Position numbers and translations under genes: made by a program. Shown one piece after another: positions 44,662-61,726 of a DNA stretch of 64,000 nt. The stretch lies in the NCBI RefSeq assembly GCF_009914755.1, contig NC_060929.1. One strand, given 5' to 3'. The DNA is from the human T2T-CHM13v2.0 reference genome, Homo sapiens. The stretch's first letter is position 1. The number at the start of each line of letters is the position of its first letter. The notes under the pieces are model-generated. The model was not told the DNA's origin, made no database searches, and worked only from the letters and a program-made list of their open reading frames with translations.

Positions 44662-44959
44662 TGCCGGGCGTGGTGGCTCATGCCTGTAATCCCAGCACTT
44701 TAGAATGCTGAGGTGGATGGATCATGAGGTCAGGAGTTCAAGACCAGCCTGGCCAAGATGGTGAAAGCCCGTCTCTACCAAAAATACAAAAATTAATCGG
44801 GTGTGGTGGAAGGCACCTTTAATCCCAGCTACTTGGGATGCAAAGGCAGGGAATTGCTTGAACCGGGAGGTGGAGGTTGCAGTGAGCCGAGATCACATCA
44901 CTGCACTCTAGCCTGGGTGACAGACTGAGGCTCCATCTCAAAAAAAAAAAAAAAAAAAA
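44662..44959 (+). mobile_element. AluSg-like SINE
   Basis: Full dimer, poly(A). Confidence 0.92.
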
Positions 44960-45189
44960 GTATCTCCCAATATTTTGCCCATTTAAAAAAATTGAGGTTT
45001 GTTTTTTCATTTACATTCCTATATTTATTTGTAGGAATTCTTTATATTCTCTGGTATAAGTTCTCTGTCAGATATATGTATTGCTTATATCTTCTTAGAA
45101 TCTGCATATATCTTAATGGGATCAATTTTAAGTTGGAAAAAGTGATGAAATATGTATTCCTGATGATATAAATTACTAAGATAGAGAGC

Positions 45190-46380
45190 AATAGGATTTC
45201 TCAAATACTACTAATGGCAGTGTAAATTTTTCCAACCATTTTAAAAAGATATTTGTTACTAAGAACTAAATTTCAGCATCTGCAAATCCTGAGATCCATT
45301 ATTCTAATCTTAGTTATATATACAATAAAAATATGCTTTCATACACAGCAAAAAATGTACCAGATTGTTCATGGAAATATTACTTATAATAGTGAAAAGC
45401 TTAAAATTAACAAAATGTTATCAGTAGAAATAATAAATAAATATTGGTATACTTATCATCACTGGAACATTATACAACATTGAAAATAAATGAACCACAG
45501 CTTCACATGATATGTGAATAAATCTAAAAAACAGAATATTGAGTGAAATAAGTTAAATTCAAAGGAAAAAATAATAATGATTTCATTAATAGAAGATTCA
45601 AAAACATGATAAACTAAACCACAGTGTTAGCAGTCAGGAAAGTGGCCATCTTTTGTATTCATTATAATGCTGAAAAACAAATTGCTTCAAAACTTAATGC
45701 CTTAAAACAACACTAAACATTTATCGTCTTACAGTGTGCGTGAGTCAAGAACTTTGGGGCAGCTTAGTTGTGTGGTTATGGCTCAGAGTCTCTCATGAAG
45801 TTCAGTCTAAATGCCCGCTAGAGCTTTAGTTGTCTGAAGATTTCACTGGGGTGGGGGAATACATCTCAGGATGGCTCACTCACAGGGCTTTTGGCAGGAG
45901 GCCATAGTGCCTTTCTGGCTGTGGCAGAGAGCCTCAAGTCTGCTCCATGTGGGCACCTTCATAGGGCCACGGCCTGAGTTCTCTTGCCATGAGAGCTGGC
46001 TTCCTCCAGAGTTAGTGATCTAAGAGCCCATGTTAGAAGGACGCATAATGCTTCTTGCAATCTAGTCCCTAAAGTCAAACACAGCTGGTTCTGCCATATT
46101 CCCTTTGTTAGAAGCAAGTCATTAAGTCCAGTACACATGTGGGGAGGGGATTAGGCTTCACCTTTTGAAGAAAGGATTATCAAATAATTTGGGCACATAT
46201 TTAAAAACTGCAAAACCATTGGAAAGAAGGGAGGGGATAGTTATTGAAAAGAAACATGGAGTGAGAGACTTGGATATTTTATTTCTTACATTGGTGGTTT
46301 TCCCTTGTGATAGATAATTTGCTGTGCTATATACTTTTGTGAGTTTTTTCTGTGTGTATATTACAATAAAGAGTTAAAAT
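45190..46380 (+). mobile_element. Old L1M 3' fragment interrupted by MLT1F/G
   Basis: ggcagtgtaaatt...caaccattttaaaa, ataaatattggtata, aatattgagtgaaataag motifs. Confidence 0.65.
45650..46215 (-). mobile_element. MLT1F/G-like LTR
   Basis: aaaacttaatgccttaaaacaac...ggctcagagtctctcatgaagtt...gatggctcactcaca...gttagaagcaagtcattaagtccag. Confidence 0.8.
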
Positions 46381-48494
46381 GTTTAATGCTAATTTTGATA
46401 AACTTTTTAAATGCTACTTTTACAAAAGTAGCCATTTGAAGAGATACTTTCAAAAAGATACACAGAAGAAAAACACTATTAAGTACAAACAGGCTAATTA
46501 ATTATGTACATGTGCATTTCTCTATTGTAGCAAATGTTGTGTACTAAGTTATTTCCTAGGTCTACCAGAACACCAAATACCTGGCATACATTTTTATGGC
46601 ACATAATGGTCAAGGTACCAATAGTTCTTTAAGTTCATAAAAGCACTTAATTATTCCCGCGCTCAATTCTAGTTAGTTATATAATCAAGTCAATTTTTTT
46701 TCCTTAAAATAATGGCTATGTTAGCTTCCTAATATAACCCTCTGCCCAAGATTCCTCAGAAAAAGGAAATATCCTTCAGAGAATGTGAGTTCTATGGTCC
46801 TTCAGGTACTGTTTGGCACTGAGAAGTTGTGGCATTGTCTCAATATTGGAGATGCAGAGTTGATTAGTCTGCACCTTGGAGTTACAAAAGAATTGCATTC
46901 TCTATTGGATTCGATTATGTTAAATGCTGCTGTGAAAACAGGAGCAGGTAAGTAAAGGACTCTTGGATATAGAATATACACGAAAGGGAAAGATCAACCA
47001 ATTCACTGACCACTCTTAAAGTCAGCTCCCCTAGTCCCACTGAAACAGGACTAACACATATTTGAAAGAACTGAGGTTTAATTACTGTGTCTTTTAGTTT
47101 CATCCAGTACTTCTCGAAAGCTCTGAAATTTCTTCCATGATGATGAATTCTGTTTCTATTGATATGTGACATTATAAAAGTGACAGGAACACTTGGAAAT
47201 TATGGCAGAGTGTACTTTGGAGGGGTCCCATTTTCTATATGTAAAAGCCACTAGGTTCATTCTTTATATAATTCTGAACTAAAATGAAAATTAATATATG
47301 GTAATATAAGTTCATCTCTGAGAATACTTACCTTGAGAATACCACTTTTATCTAAGTGTTCATTAGCAAAGGTAATAAATCTAATATTCTCTACCAAATA
47401 ATCATACATTAAAAAACTATTCCTGAACCAGGATACAAATGTGCATCACCTGAATTAACTAAAGAATATTTTTTAAAGAATCTTAGAGATCAGTTTTAAG
47501 TAGGTGCTAGGATATTATTAACTATTTTTTGCTTGCTACGAAAGAGAGCCATCTTGCTTTATCAAGCAAGGCTCATAGACTTCATTTAGAATTTTTGACA
47601 TTTGCAGATATAAATAGAGTATGTGAACAAGAGCAGGACATTTAGGTGACTCTTTTAGCAGAGTTCTGAAGGTAGGGGTTACGCACACTAATAATATGAT
47701 TATCAAAATTGTTTCTGATGATATATAGTATTGAAAAATGGGTCTGATGATTTCTTAGCCTGCACTCTACCTAAGGGAAATGGAAATAGATGAAAAGATG
47801 TACAGCAGTTAAAAAGATCAGGATACCGAAAGAGCAGTTATCATTATTATAGTAAATTTAGTCCAGAATATTTGAAGATGAGTCTCCGCACTTGGTTGAT
47901 AACCATTGCCCTGAAGAAAACCACAAATGATTTCCCTTGGAAGTAGGCTAAGAAAGATAATTCCAAAAGGACCTTCTTGATTATAGTTAATAAGCTTTTC
48001 AGTCCATAATGATGTCCATGCGCATGGAATGAACAAATTCCTGAAGTGGACTTCTGAATTCAGTGGGTCTCAAAGACTTTCTTAGGCAAGAATAATTCTT
48101 TGTGTGTCTAAACAGTAGACATCCGCATATGTAGGTTAAAACTGGAATGTACAATACATGTATGTCCGATTTAGAGAATACAAATTCTTACTTTCATGTG
48201 TATTTGGCCATTTGCATTGATGTCTGTGAGATTAGGTATTATCCAGTGGCAATGGTATAGTCATTCTTATTTCATTTACATTTTATATTTCATACCAGGT
48301 GTGTGTCACTTTATGCATAGCAATTATGACCCAGAAACAGCTCAATTTTTAAGTCTCTTTGAGGATATATATGTTTGTAGGTTTCTACTTCAGACATATA
48401 AAGGTTGATTATATTCATCTGAACGGTATTATTTAAGTTTGGATGGGATATTTTCAGTCAGGGAACAATATTAGTTTTTCATGGTAATGAAAGA

Positions 48495-48700
48495 CTTAGA
48501 GGTGGGCTTTGGAGCAGGACAGCTTGGCTTTGAATCCTGGTTGTGAGTTTCCTCATCTGTAAAATATGAATAATGATGATAGTAACACCTACCTCATAAG
48601 GTGTTTTTAAGAGTAACTGAGGTAGCAAATGAAAAGGACCTAGCATGGTATATGATAAACCATATCGTAGGCACTAAACCATAAATAGGCAGCAGGTATT
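48495..48700. mobile_element. MIR
   Basis: tttgaatcctgg...gtttcctcatctgtaaaat...acctacctcataagg MIR core. Confidence 0.8.
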
Positions 48701-49964
48701 GTCATTCTTTCTAGATCAGTAAGTTTCATGAAAGGGATGGTGATGGTGGTGGAATTGCCTTCTATTATATTTCCAACCCAACCAGCTGCCTCACCATTAT
48801 GTGCCATCAACTACAAGAGCTAAGAAATTATAGATGGCTTGGAACAAGCCACTTCCTCTGCCTGAGAAATACTTTAGAATGAATTTTGAAGTTTGGTCTT
48901 TGCAATTCATCAGTATTATATTATTTTCATAGATAGAATTAGATGACTGAAAGTGGAATAGCACATAAAGCCTTCAAAATTTGATATTCCATAGCAGTTT
49001 GGAAGTACGAATTCAAGATAGACAGACATGCCATGGTTGAAGAATCAAAATGAAGTTTAGAGTTATTCAGAAAACATGCACAATTCCAAAAGGCAATCTG
49101 GGTAACTCATAGCAAATAGTGGCAGCTTTATAAGACATCATTATCAATAAACATTTATAAGCATCCACTAGGGCCAAGACCATACCTGGCACTGGAAATT
49201 ACAGAATGATTGCTGAACTCTCAATTTCACTTTGGCTCTGGAGACATAGCCATGCATTGTTGCATAAGGGAGTGGAATGGGAAATGATCACAGTAAGATT
49301 TTATTGTGAATTCTGAAAAGACATGCCGCAGATGGTTTCAGGTGCTTGATGGTACAATCATCAATATGATTACGTTCAAATAAGTAATATTCATCAACAC
49401 AACTTCAATCAGTATATGAATTATTCCAATGAACATTTTTAAAGTCTTGAAAATAACCCTTTCTTTAATGCCTTTTCTTTTATTTATACTATTCAGTTTT
49501 GTGATAGCTTTAAACCCATGCATGTGTGCACACACACAGACAAGATACAAGAGAAATCATGAGGAAATTTCTCAGGAAAATATTTAAAGACACCAAAATT
49601 TTCAGGCCTCAGCAGTCAATTTAGTTAGCAGATACAGTGAGTGCTAATGAGTAATTCAGTTCCACCAAGTCAGACCCTGTCTTGCCACTGCATTTGATAT
49701 AATTTATGTTAGCATGGAAATAATAGATTAAGAACAGATAGTTTAGTCTCACTCATATTCTATATTTTTGGGTTATCAGTGACTAAGTGCTGTACCTTGT
49801 TAGGTAACTACATATATCAGCATTGCAAGGTGTGACAATGGCATTAACATTACCTTTTATTTTCAGACAAAAGCTTTTAATTACTGCATTGGTTACATTT
49901 ATCTTTAATAAAATGTCCCATTTGTTTATTGTAGAAGAGAAACCAAAGAGAGTAATATGTTAGG

Positions 49965-50135
49965 CTAGTGCTTCTCAAAGTTTGTGCAGACACTTCACTT
50001 GGGGATCCATTCTGTTAAAATGTAGATGCGAATTTATTAGATCTGAGGAGAAACTTGAAAACTTACATTTCCAACAAGCTCTCAGTTGATGACTGCTTGT
50101 AGTTCCTGCACTGTATTTTGAGTGGCAAAGTCTTA
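49965..50135. mobile_element. MER5A-like hAT-Charlie DNA transposon
   Basis: tagtgcttctcaaa...gttaaaatgtagat...catttccaacaagctctcag...tttgagtggcaa. Confidence 0.75.
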
Positions 50136-50599
50136 GACAACACATTGACATAAGTTGATTTTATATGAAAATACCTTGTATTTAAGGAAAGACATGCCTT
50201 GATTGTTATTGGAATCTGGTTTCTGTGAGTGCCAGAACTATAAGGAAAGTCATTCTAATTACTTCCTATGAACCTGTGAGAGCGAATTCTGCATTCAAGG
50301 ATACTCATTGTTCTAGGTAAAAATTCTATATTTCCTGACCTACAATAAAAAGTGGCATCTTTGTTGTAAATTTATAAGAGTAAGCATATTAAAAGAGAAG
50401 CCTCATTCTGGAAACAAAAGCTGAAATGGTTTATTTCTATTCCTTTGCAAATTAGCACAAGAGGCTATATTTCTAATCTCAAATCTTCCCATCTGTTATC
50501 TTATCTTAGTGCCTATTTTTTATGTATTTTGTTATAGTTTTGAAAGAATATCAGATGTAGTTTATCCTTTTCACATTTCTTTTTTCTTTGTATCCTGGA

Positions 50600-52210
<1,611 letters not shown>

Positions 52211-52344
52211 AGCAAAATCATGCTAGTTCTGCTTACTTCAATTTTTTAAATAATAAGAGAAAAATAGATTTATATAGAATTTTAGAGTAGGAATCAACCT
52301 CAGGGATAATTGATTCATACCACTCTCCTTCTTACAATCTTTAG

Positions 52345-52785
52345 ATACTTTTCCTTTTTCTCAGAATAAGTCCCCAAATCCTTAATGTGGTCTCAGAGAC
52401 CCCCTGGATCTGACTCTTTGCCAGCTCTGCCGCCTGATCTTGCCCTGTGGCTCTCTGTTTTACTCACATGTTCTTGATGTCTCAGACTTGACCGGCTCTG
52501 TCTCACCTCAGGGCCTTTTCAGATATTGTTCTCTCTGCCTGGAAGACTTTCTCTTCCAACCACAAACTAGGTCACGTTTCCTTGTTAAATGCGTGTGTGT
52601 TACCCTGCACTGCTTCTTTATACTACCTATCACAATTGAAATTGAAATATGTGTGTGGATAATGTCAGCCTTCCTTCATAGGCTGTAGGTCTTCAGTGGT
52701 CCAGATACCAGGTCTGCTGTATTCAGTGATGTAATACATAGCTCCAGTGCATAGCACAAGCCTGACATGCTCATTAATACTTGGG
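52345..52785 (+). mobile_element. L2 3' fragment
   Basis: cagaataagtccccaaatccttaatgtgg...cacctcagggcctttt...tctctgcctggaa...catagcacaagcctgaca. Confidence 0.75.
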
Positions 52786-53077
52786 GAGGGAGAGAGCAAG
52801 GGAATGGAAGATTGATACGATCTAACACTCTCATTTTACACACGAAGGTGTGGGGTTTGATAAGATGAATATTTCCAGTGATCTTTACCTGTAATCAAAA
52901 AGGTATTTTATTATAATTGGTGTGAGGCTGGGAAGAAATTTTCTCCAATGCTCAGAGATACTCAAAATAAATTCAGGAATATTGTCGAGTTTAAGAAATC
53001 ATTACTCTCTACTTCTCTAGCCCTTTTTTGTATACATTATGTTTATTTTTCTTTGTGAAAACTGCTTTTAAAAGAAT

Positions 53078-53766
53078 CATCTCATGCCAGTCAGAAGGGC
53101 GATTATTAAAAAGTCAGTAAACAATAGGTGCAGGTGAAGCTGTGGAGAAATAGGAATGCTTTTGCACTGTTGGTGGGAATGTAAATGAGTTCAACCATTG
53201 TGGAAGACAGCATGGCGGTTCCTCAAGGATCTAGAACCAGAAATACCATTAGACCCAGAAATCCCATTATTGGGTATATACCCAAAGGAATATAACTCAT
53301 TCTACTAGAAAGACACATGCACGCATATGTTTATTGCAGCACTATTCACAATAGCAAAGACTTGGAACCAACCCAAATACCCATCAATGATAGACTGGAT
53401 AAAGAAAATGTGGTACATATACACCATGGAATACTATGTAGCCATAAAAAGGAATGAGATCATGTCTTTTGCAGGGACATGGAAGAAGCTGAAAGCCATC
53501 ATCCTCCCCAAACTAACACAGGAACAGAAAACCAAACATTGCATGTTCTCACTCATAAGTGGGAGTTGAACAGTGAAAACATATGGACACAGAGAGGGCA
53601 ACATCACACACCAGGGCCTGTTGTGGGGTGGGGAGACAGGCGAGGGAACTTAGAGGACAGGTCAATAGGTACAGAAAACCATCATGTCACATGTATAACT
53701 ATGTAACAAATCTGCACGTTCTGCACATGTATCCCATTTATTTTAGAAGAAATAAAGAAAAAAAAA
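53078..53766 (+). mobile_element. 5'-truncated L1PA8-like LINE-1 (ORF2 end plus 3' UTR)
   Basis: ORF 53327-53569 MFIAALFTIAKTWNQPK is the L1 ORF2p C-terminus; 3' UTR gggaacttagaggacaggtcaatagg; A tail; TSD aaaa(g/a)aatcatc. Confidence 0.92.
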
Positions 53767-54107
53767 TCATCAGTCGCACTTTTATCACATCTCAGATAAA
53801 ATGTTAAGGCTAGACCTTTTGCAATTTTTAAGCTCATTAAGTTTTGTGGTTTTTGAAAGATGGATAGGCACCAGATGACCAATTAGCCTCCAAATGTTTT
53901 GTTAGTCAGAAACCCACATATTTTGAAAAGATGTTTGCCATACCTGCAAAATGAAGCGAGAAAGACCAAAAAGACAGCTACAAATATTACTAAAGAAGAG
54001 AGTCTCAGCTTGTATTCTCTTATACAAGATTATGTAACTATACTAAATTGGTACTAATTTGGTAATCTTACCTTTGATATGCTTCCAGTCTCAAAATTCT
54101 ATGCGCT

Positions 54108-54127
54108 GCAGCCTCGAGGGGGCGCTC
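54108..54127 (+). promoter_or_regulatory. Candidate CTCF-binding site
   Basis: gcagCCTCGAGGGGGCGCtc closely matches the CTCF core CCASYAGRKGGCRS; CpGs retained within AT-rich flanks. Confidence 0.65.
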
Positions 54128-55096
54128 ACACTAGATTTGAATGAAATGTATTTTGCTGCACAGCGGAAGAAAATGTTTATTTTATTCCTGGTTTTCTGTT
54201 GCTTCTTGGCGTGGAAGCTGTGGAAACGGCTAAACCTTATCAATATTTAGCATCTTTTCTCTAAAATGACAAACTTTAGAAAAATAATTCAATATCAAGG
54301 TAAATAACCATACCTCTAGCTGCCTGAATATGCTTTAAACACTGTTGGAAAAACAGAATATTTCCCCTAAGAAAACTATATGAATGTCAGACAACTATTT
54401 TTTTTCCATAAGGCCTTATAAATAATAACTAATATTGTGCTAGGACAATAGAGGATTTTCTCAGTCTCCTCTGGGTGCCAGGTAGAACACTGGCTGTTAG
54501 CTCAGCTTTATGACAAAGTATTATTTTTCTGCTAAAACAGATGGATTTTGAATTGACATTTTGACATCACAGAATAATACATACTGTCCTTTCAAACACT
54601 CTTCTAGGATACATCAGGAAAGCAACTATTAAGTAAAATATATGACAGCAGGACTTCATTCTACTTTTCTTACTTGAGTGTTTATTTGTTTGAATTGGCT
54701 GTAGATAGGCTCCTAAGGATTTGAAGTGTGTCAGAAATGATTTGATTTAAGTCAAAAAATGAGCACAATCACACTTTGTCAACAGTCCCCAAATGACTTC
54801 TTCTTGGGAGGTTCCACCTTTATGGACAAAATGCAATAAGTTGAGAAAAGCTTTCATGGGATTGTCTCATTTGTAAAATAGATTTAAGACCTGAAAATGA
54901 CATAGGAATATTTACCAGCTATAGATATTAACAAAATAATTTATACTTCCAGATAAGTGGATATGGAAATATGGAGACATGTATGGGATGGCTTGAAAAT
55001 GGCATACAAATACGTAGAGATGTTATCAGAATAATTTCTATATCTATAAATGTAGGCTTAGAGACATGTCAGAGTAATGATTAAAGAAATATTTCC

Positions 55097-55426
<330 letters not shown>

Positions 55427-56734
55427 TCACAGTGAGGATTTTATTGTAACTGTGTGTGCATGTGTAGAGTAAAAAGACTACTGATTGTTGCATTTATTAT
55501 GTAGAGTTATTATATATGAAGGAACATTGAAATCTGTTGTATTTTTCTAAAGGAAAACTTCTTGTTGTGCTTCATGTGCAGCCTTCTTCACAGATTTGAA
55601 GAAGTTTGGTTTGTTTCTTGAATCATTTATTTGATAGGTTCATTTCTTTGGATTTATTTTCCACTTTTAAGTTCAAATATGAGATTGTTTCTCTTGTAAA
55701 GACCACCTTTAACATTTTAACAACCTACTTAAAGATATTCCTCCTGACCACACCATTCTTATACACACCTACTCTTGCCCATCTGAGCTGTTTTAGTAAA
55801 CTGTCAATTGTATCTTTTTCTTCAATTCCTCTGAAATCATTTTTAATCATTTAGATGAAAGCTGTCAGTCCTTATTCATTTTACCTCTCAAAAGAACTCA
55901 AAAGGCACTGCATTCTCATTTGCATGCTAATCGTTTCTTTCAGTCTTGCATTATTTTTAGTAGTGCACTTTGCTTCTCCAACATGAAATTAAGGCTGATA
56001 AAACAGAGCTATTTCATTGAGACTGCAGTAAGTGACATTATAGGCATAAGTATTATTATTATTAATATTAATTTTAATATTACAGACACTTAATTGAGAG
56101 TTTTCTCAAGAACTTACTTTATAAAGCTGGTTAAATATTATATTTAGTTTGTATTAGCTTAATCCTTTAAAAATCATGTTTCTAAATCTTGTGTAAAACA
56201 TTTTGGTAAAAGGATTTTTCAAGACCCTTCAGTCAGCAAAGTGAAAATGAGACCTTTGATTCTCTTCTTAGACTACTCTTTATTTGAATGATGCAGGTTT
56301 CTCTATAGTGATCAAAGTGAATCACATGAAAGTGAATAGGACAAAGGGAATACTCCAGAAAGTTTGGATATTTTAAAAATTGCCTATTCATATAAATTAG
56401 AACTCAAATCCATATCAATCTTATAACTTAATCAAAAGAAAGATGTTAGCCAATTAGTTTGAATTCCTAAAATATGCCAGGTACATTACAAGCACTATGT
56501 CATTTTAATCATTCAGATGAGGACCCCATACAGATAAGGACACTGATGTCCACAGAGGTTGAATAAGTTGCCTAGCATTTTACCTCCAAAAATGATAGAA
56601 GTGGGAGATAGATTTAGGTTTCTCTGACTCCAAAGATGGTGATCCACTGAATTACTGGATTAATTTCTTGCATGTTTCCTTGTCTTACCTGTAATGATTA
56701 AAATGATTCTTTCACACTCTTGGGTAGTGAACTC

Positions 56735-57452
<718 letters not shown>

Positions 57453-57527
57453 AACTGAACTGTTGAAGACAGTGTCAACAATAAAAAACCTTAAATTCTA
57501 TATCTAAGATTCAGGGATGCATACTGA

Positions 57528-57785
<258 letters not shown>

Positions 57786-58944
57786 TTTCCCTGAATTTTT
57801 AAATGATTCAATAAGAGAAATAGTTTGGGTGAAAACTAAAATTTGAGAGAACAGGCTCAACATTCATGCATTTCAAAATTCAAGATTTCCCTTATCATAT
57901 GCAACTGTCTCTCAATAAGCAATGGTGTTTGGGGATAGCAGTTAGAGAACCTTATGTTCTCAAGTTTCAAGCATATTTTATATGATTATTAATATTTTAA
58001 ATATTTTAGTAACTCTTGAACTATTTAATTTACTTATACCACTTGGTAAGGCATAAAAGTGAACAGCTATTTGGTGAGATTCCATATAGCTGTTCACTTT
58101 CACTGTTTATCTTAGACAGTTATGTGATGAGATGGGTCTAGAGTTTGTTCTGAATTTCAGATGATGATTAACAACAATGTAATCATTAATATTTGTATTG
58201 TTTCCACAGCTATGTGGAAAAGATGGTGAAAAAGGAACACATGTCAAGAGATAAGATAATAGGTGGATGTGTTAATCAGACCCTGACTCCAATCATAGAA
58301 TGAGAAAGGTCAATGTATGTGAAAGATAAATTATTCTTCTTTTGGTTGGGGGAAATGAGGTCTAAAAAATAATTAATTGATAGCAGAGCCAAGGCAAAAA
58401 ACTGGATCTGTGCAGAAATAATCAACGAAGGGGTAGGAATTTGACCTCAGGTTATTGCAGTCCATATCCCATCCTTCACAGCAGCCCAAGGGTTCTGGAT
58501 ATCTCCCAGTAGGGTGTGGAAGGGTTTTTAGAGTAGGGCAAGGTCATATAGGTCTTAAAAAGGGTTTTGGGTTTCTTAGATGGGTGGAGGTTGCTCCCTG
58601 GAGTTGACCTCAAATGGTGCCCTTCACATTTGGGGAGGAAGTCATACCCCTCCCCTTCCCCACTCTGATTCAGGAGTTTGTGATGCTTCTGGGAAAGTAT
58701 CCCCTGAGGCTGTTGGTCTAAGACGATTATGTAGGCCTGCTGAAGCTCTATGGAGACAGAGGCAAGTTCCTCCTCTGCAGTGAGCCTATCTCTGCCCCCA
58801 GGCATAGGCTCAGGCCCTCACTAGTCAGTACCATTTCTAGTCAGGCATCAGGCTGAAAGTGTTTTCTCCTTATTCTTCATCATTCCCACAGCTGCTGATA
58901 AGACCAAGATCCTGGGATCCATGGGGCTGTTGAAGAGTCCTAGG

Positions 58945-59455
58945 TCCAAAGAGGGGAGGGAACTTGCCTGAAGTCACATAGTCAAGAGGCAAAGCTGAGA
59001 ACAGAGCACTGGTGCAGCCATTTTATTTTCACAGCAAAGCTGGGAGAGGGGTGATTCTTCCCCCATGAGGAAGCTGAGTCTCAGAGAGGTTAAACAACTT
59101 GTCCATGGTCACACAGCTAGTAAGAAGTGCTAATAACAACAGGAACAATAATTATATTAATAAGCAAATGTGTCTGGCATTACTGTGCACTAAGCATTAT
59201 CTCGTTGAGAACTCACAGTTCTAGGAAACTGAAGATCAGAGAAGTGAAGTAACAAGTGAAAGTCAAATAAATAGCTAGTAAGTAGGGATCGAGGTAAAAT
59301 GAGCTAACATTTATGGAGCACTCTGTGTGTGCCAAATACCTTGCTATGTATTAATAATTCTCACATCCCTCTAAAGAGAAAGGGTACAATTGTTTCAATT
59401 TTATAAATGATGCAAGTAGGCTTAGAGCAGTTTATTTAGTAGTTATTTAGTGAAG
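58945..59455. mobile_element. Cluster of MIR fragments
   Basis: Repeated cores such as atgaggaagctgagtctcagagaggttaaacaacttgtccatggtcacacagctagtaag. Confidence 0.75.
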
Positions 59456-59589
59456 GTTGCCACTATAGACTAAATTGTATTCCCCAAAAATTCATATGTG
59501 AAAGCCTCAACTTCCAATGTGATTGTATCTGGAGACAGGGTCTTTAGGAGGTAATTACAATTAAATGAGTTCATAAGGGTGGGGCCTTA

Positions 59590-59951
<362 letters not shown>

Positions 59952-59952
59952 G

Positions 59953-60343
59953 TGCTATGATCTGAATGTCCCCCCAAATTCATTTGTTGAAACTTAATAG
60001 CCAATTTGATAGTATTAAGAAGTGTGGCCTTTTAAGAGGCAATGAAGTTATGAGGGTGGAGCCTTCATGAATGAGATTAATAACCTTTTAAAAGGACTTA
60101 AGGGACTGAGTTTACATCTTTCGCCCCTTCTGCCATGTGAGTGCCCAGCGTTCCTGCCCTCTGGAGGATGCAGCAACAAGGCACTATCTTGGAAGCAGTC
60201 AGTAGCCCCTCACCAGACACTGAACCTGCCAGACACTTGATCTTGGACTTCTCAGCCTCCAGAATTATGAGAAATAAATTTCTATTGTTTATAAATTACC
60301 TGGTCTTTGATATTTTGTTGTAGCAGTACAAATAGACTAAGAG
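59953..60343 (+). mobile_element. MSTD-like MaLR LTR
   Basis: tgctatgatctgaatgtccccccaaattcat...gtagcagtacaaatagactaaga. Confidence 0.8.
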
Positions 60344-61726
60344 AGAAAGAGAAATGTCTCTGTCTCTCCACGATGGGAGGATACAAATGAGACAGCAGCT
60401 ATCTGCAAACCAGGGTGAGAGGCCCTTCCCAGAACTGGACCATGCTGGCGCCATGGTCTCAGACTCCCAGTTTCCAGAACAGTGAGAAAATTAATTTCTG
60501 TTTTTAAGCCACACAGTCTGTGGTATTTTTTTTGACAGCCCTAGCTGACTAATAAAGTTGCACAGCTAGTAAATATGAAATCATAATAATAATAATAAAT
60601 GAACATGTATTAAGCAATACTGTGTCCCAAATGTTATGTTATTATGAATACTTTATCATATTCATAATTACATCAATATTATGGCATGTCATAGAGTCAA
60701 GGAACTGCACAAGACCACATAGCCAGTGAGTGGCAGAGCCAGCACTGGAACTCAGACCCCTTGATAGAGTGATGCTTCTGTGGAAGGGGAAGTTGCTGAA
60801 TGCTGAGGCCCTTCATCCTGGACCAAGACAAGGATACTTTGAGGTCTTCCTGCTGGAGTAGGCATCTGCAGGGCATGGGCATCCACAGGGCGACATTCTC
60901 ACCTACAGCTTCAGTAGCATCATGCCAGCATGCCTTCCCCCTGCTACAGGCTGACATGACCAAGACATGTGGACTGTGGCCCTCAACTACCATGGAGGAG
61001 AAGAAAATGGGGCCCAGGGATCCCAAGGTGGGTATGAAGCTGCCAAAACCAATGACCATATAGAGGGGATGAAAGGAGCTGTTGCCCAGCAACCCAGAGC
61101 TTTGAGTCTCATTTACTCTTGCCAGTGGGACTTCATCTCCAGGGCCCCGTTTACGTCCCCACCTGGTGTCTCCACTCTGGAGGGTTCTCTGTTTCTTCCC
61201 TCTGGGAGAGAAGCTGTACTCTGACATCTGGTCAGGGGCATGGGGCTCAGCAGGCCCCTCTGCTAGCCGTTGGATGGAGAGGAACCCTACTTTGTCCCAC
61301 TAGTCCTGAGGGCTTAGCCCCAGGGCACCTGTGAGGTTCTTTCATGAGAAGGAGGGAAGGAATGAAGAGCTGATCCACTCCCTGGCCAACTGAGGAAATA
61401 ATTCCCAGACACCAGAGAACTCTGTTCTATTTCATAGATTGGGAAGCTGAGGTTAAAAAGAGACAAAGGAACTTGAGGAAATCTGCTGACAGCCTTTACA
61501 TAGCCCTCAAACTGATCATACTAAATAATATAGAGGACTTTTGTTTGTTTGTCTTTTAAGGTTCTAAGCAGCAAAGTCTCCCCTCCCCTGATAGCAGAAT
61601 GCTCCAAGTTGAGGCTTTCATTGGGACATTAGTGTGGAGTAGGAGTTTTCCCCAACTGAGGGTTGACTCACAGATGGGTCCCAGTTTTGCACCTAAGACT
61701 CCTGACAAGTGTTTCGCCTTGGAGGC

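Noticed and set aside
49277-49330. Possible C/D box snoRNA at the dispersed repeat
   Set aside because: atgatca is not a proper RUGAUGA C box and there is no terminal stem with a suitably spaced D box
53327-53569. 80-aa ORF as a gene
   Set aside because: C-terminal fragment of L1 ORF2p in a 5'-truncated L1PA8-like copy
60697-61227. 176-aa minus-strand ORF in GC-richer DNA
   Set aside because: No recognisable domain, overlapping ORFs on both strands, and it ends in MIR-derived sequence; consistent with chance
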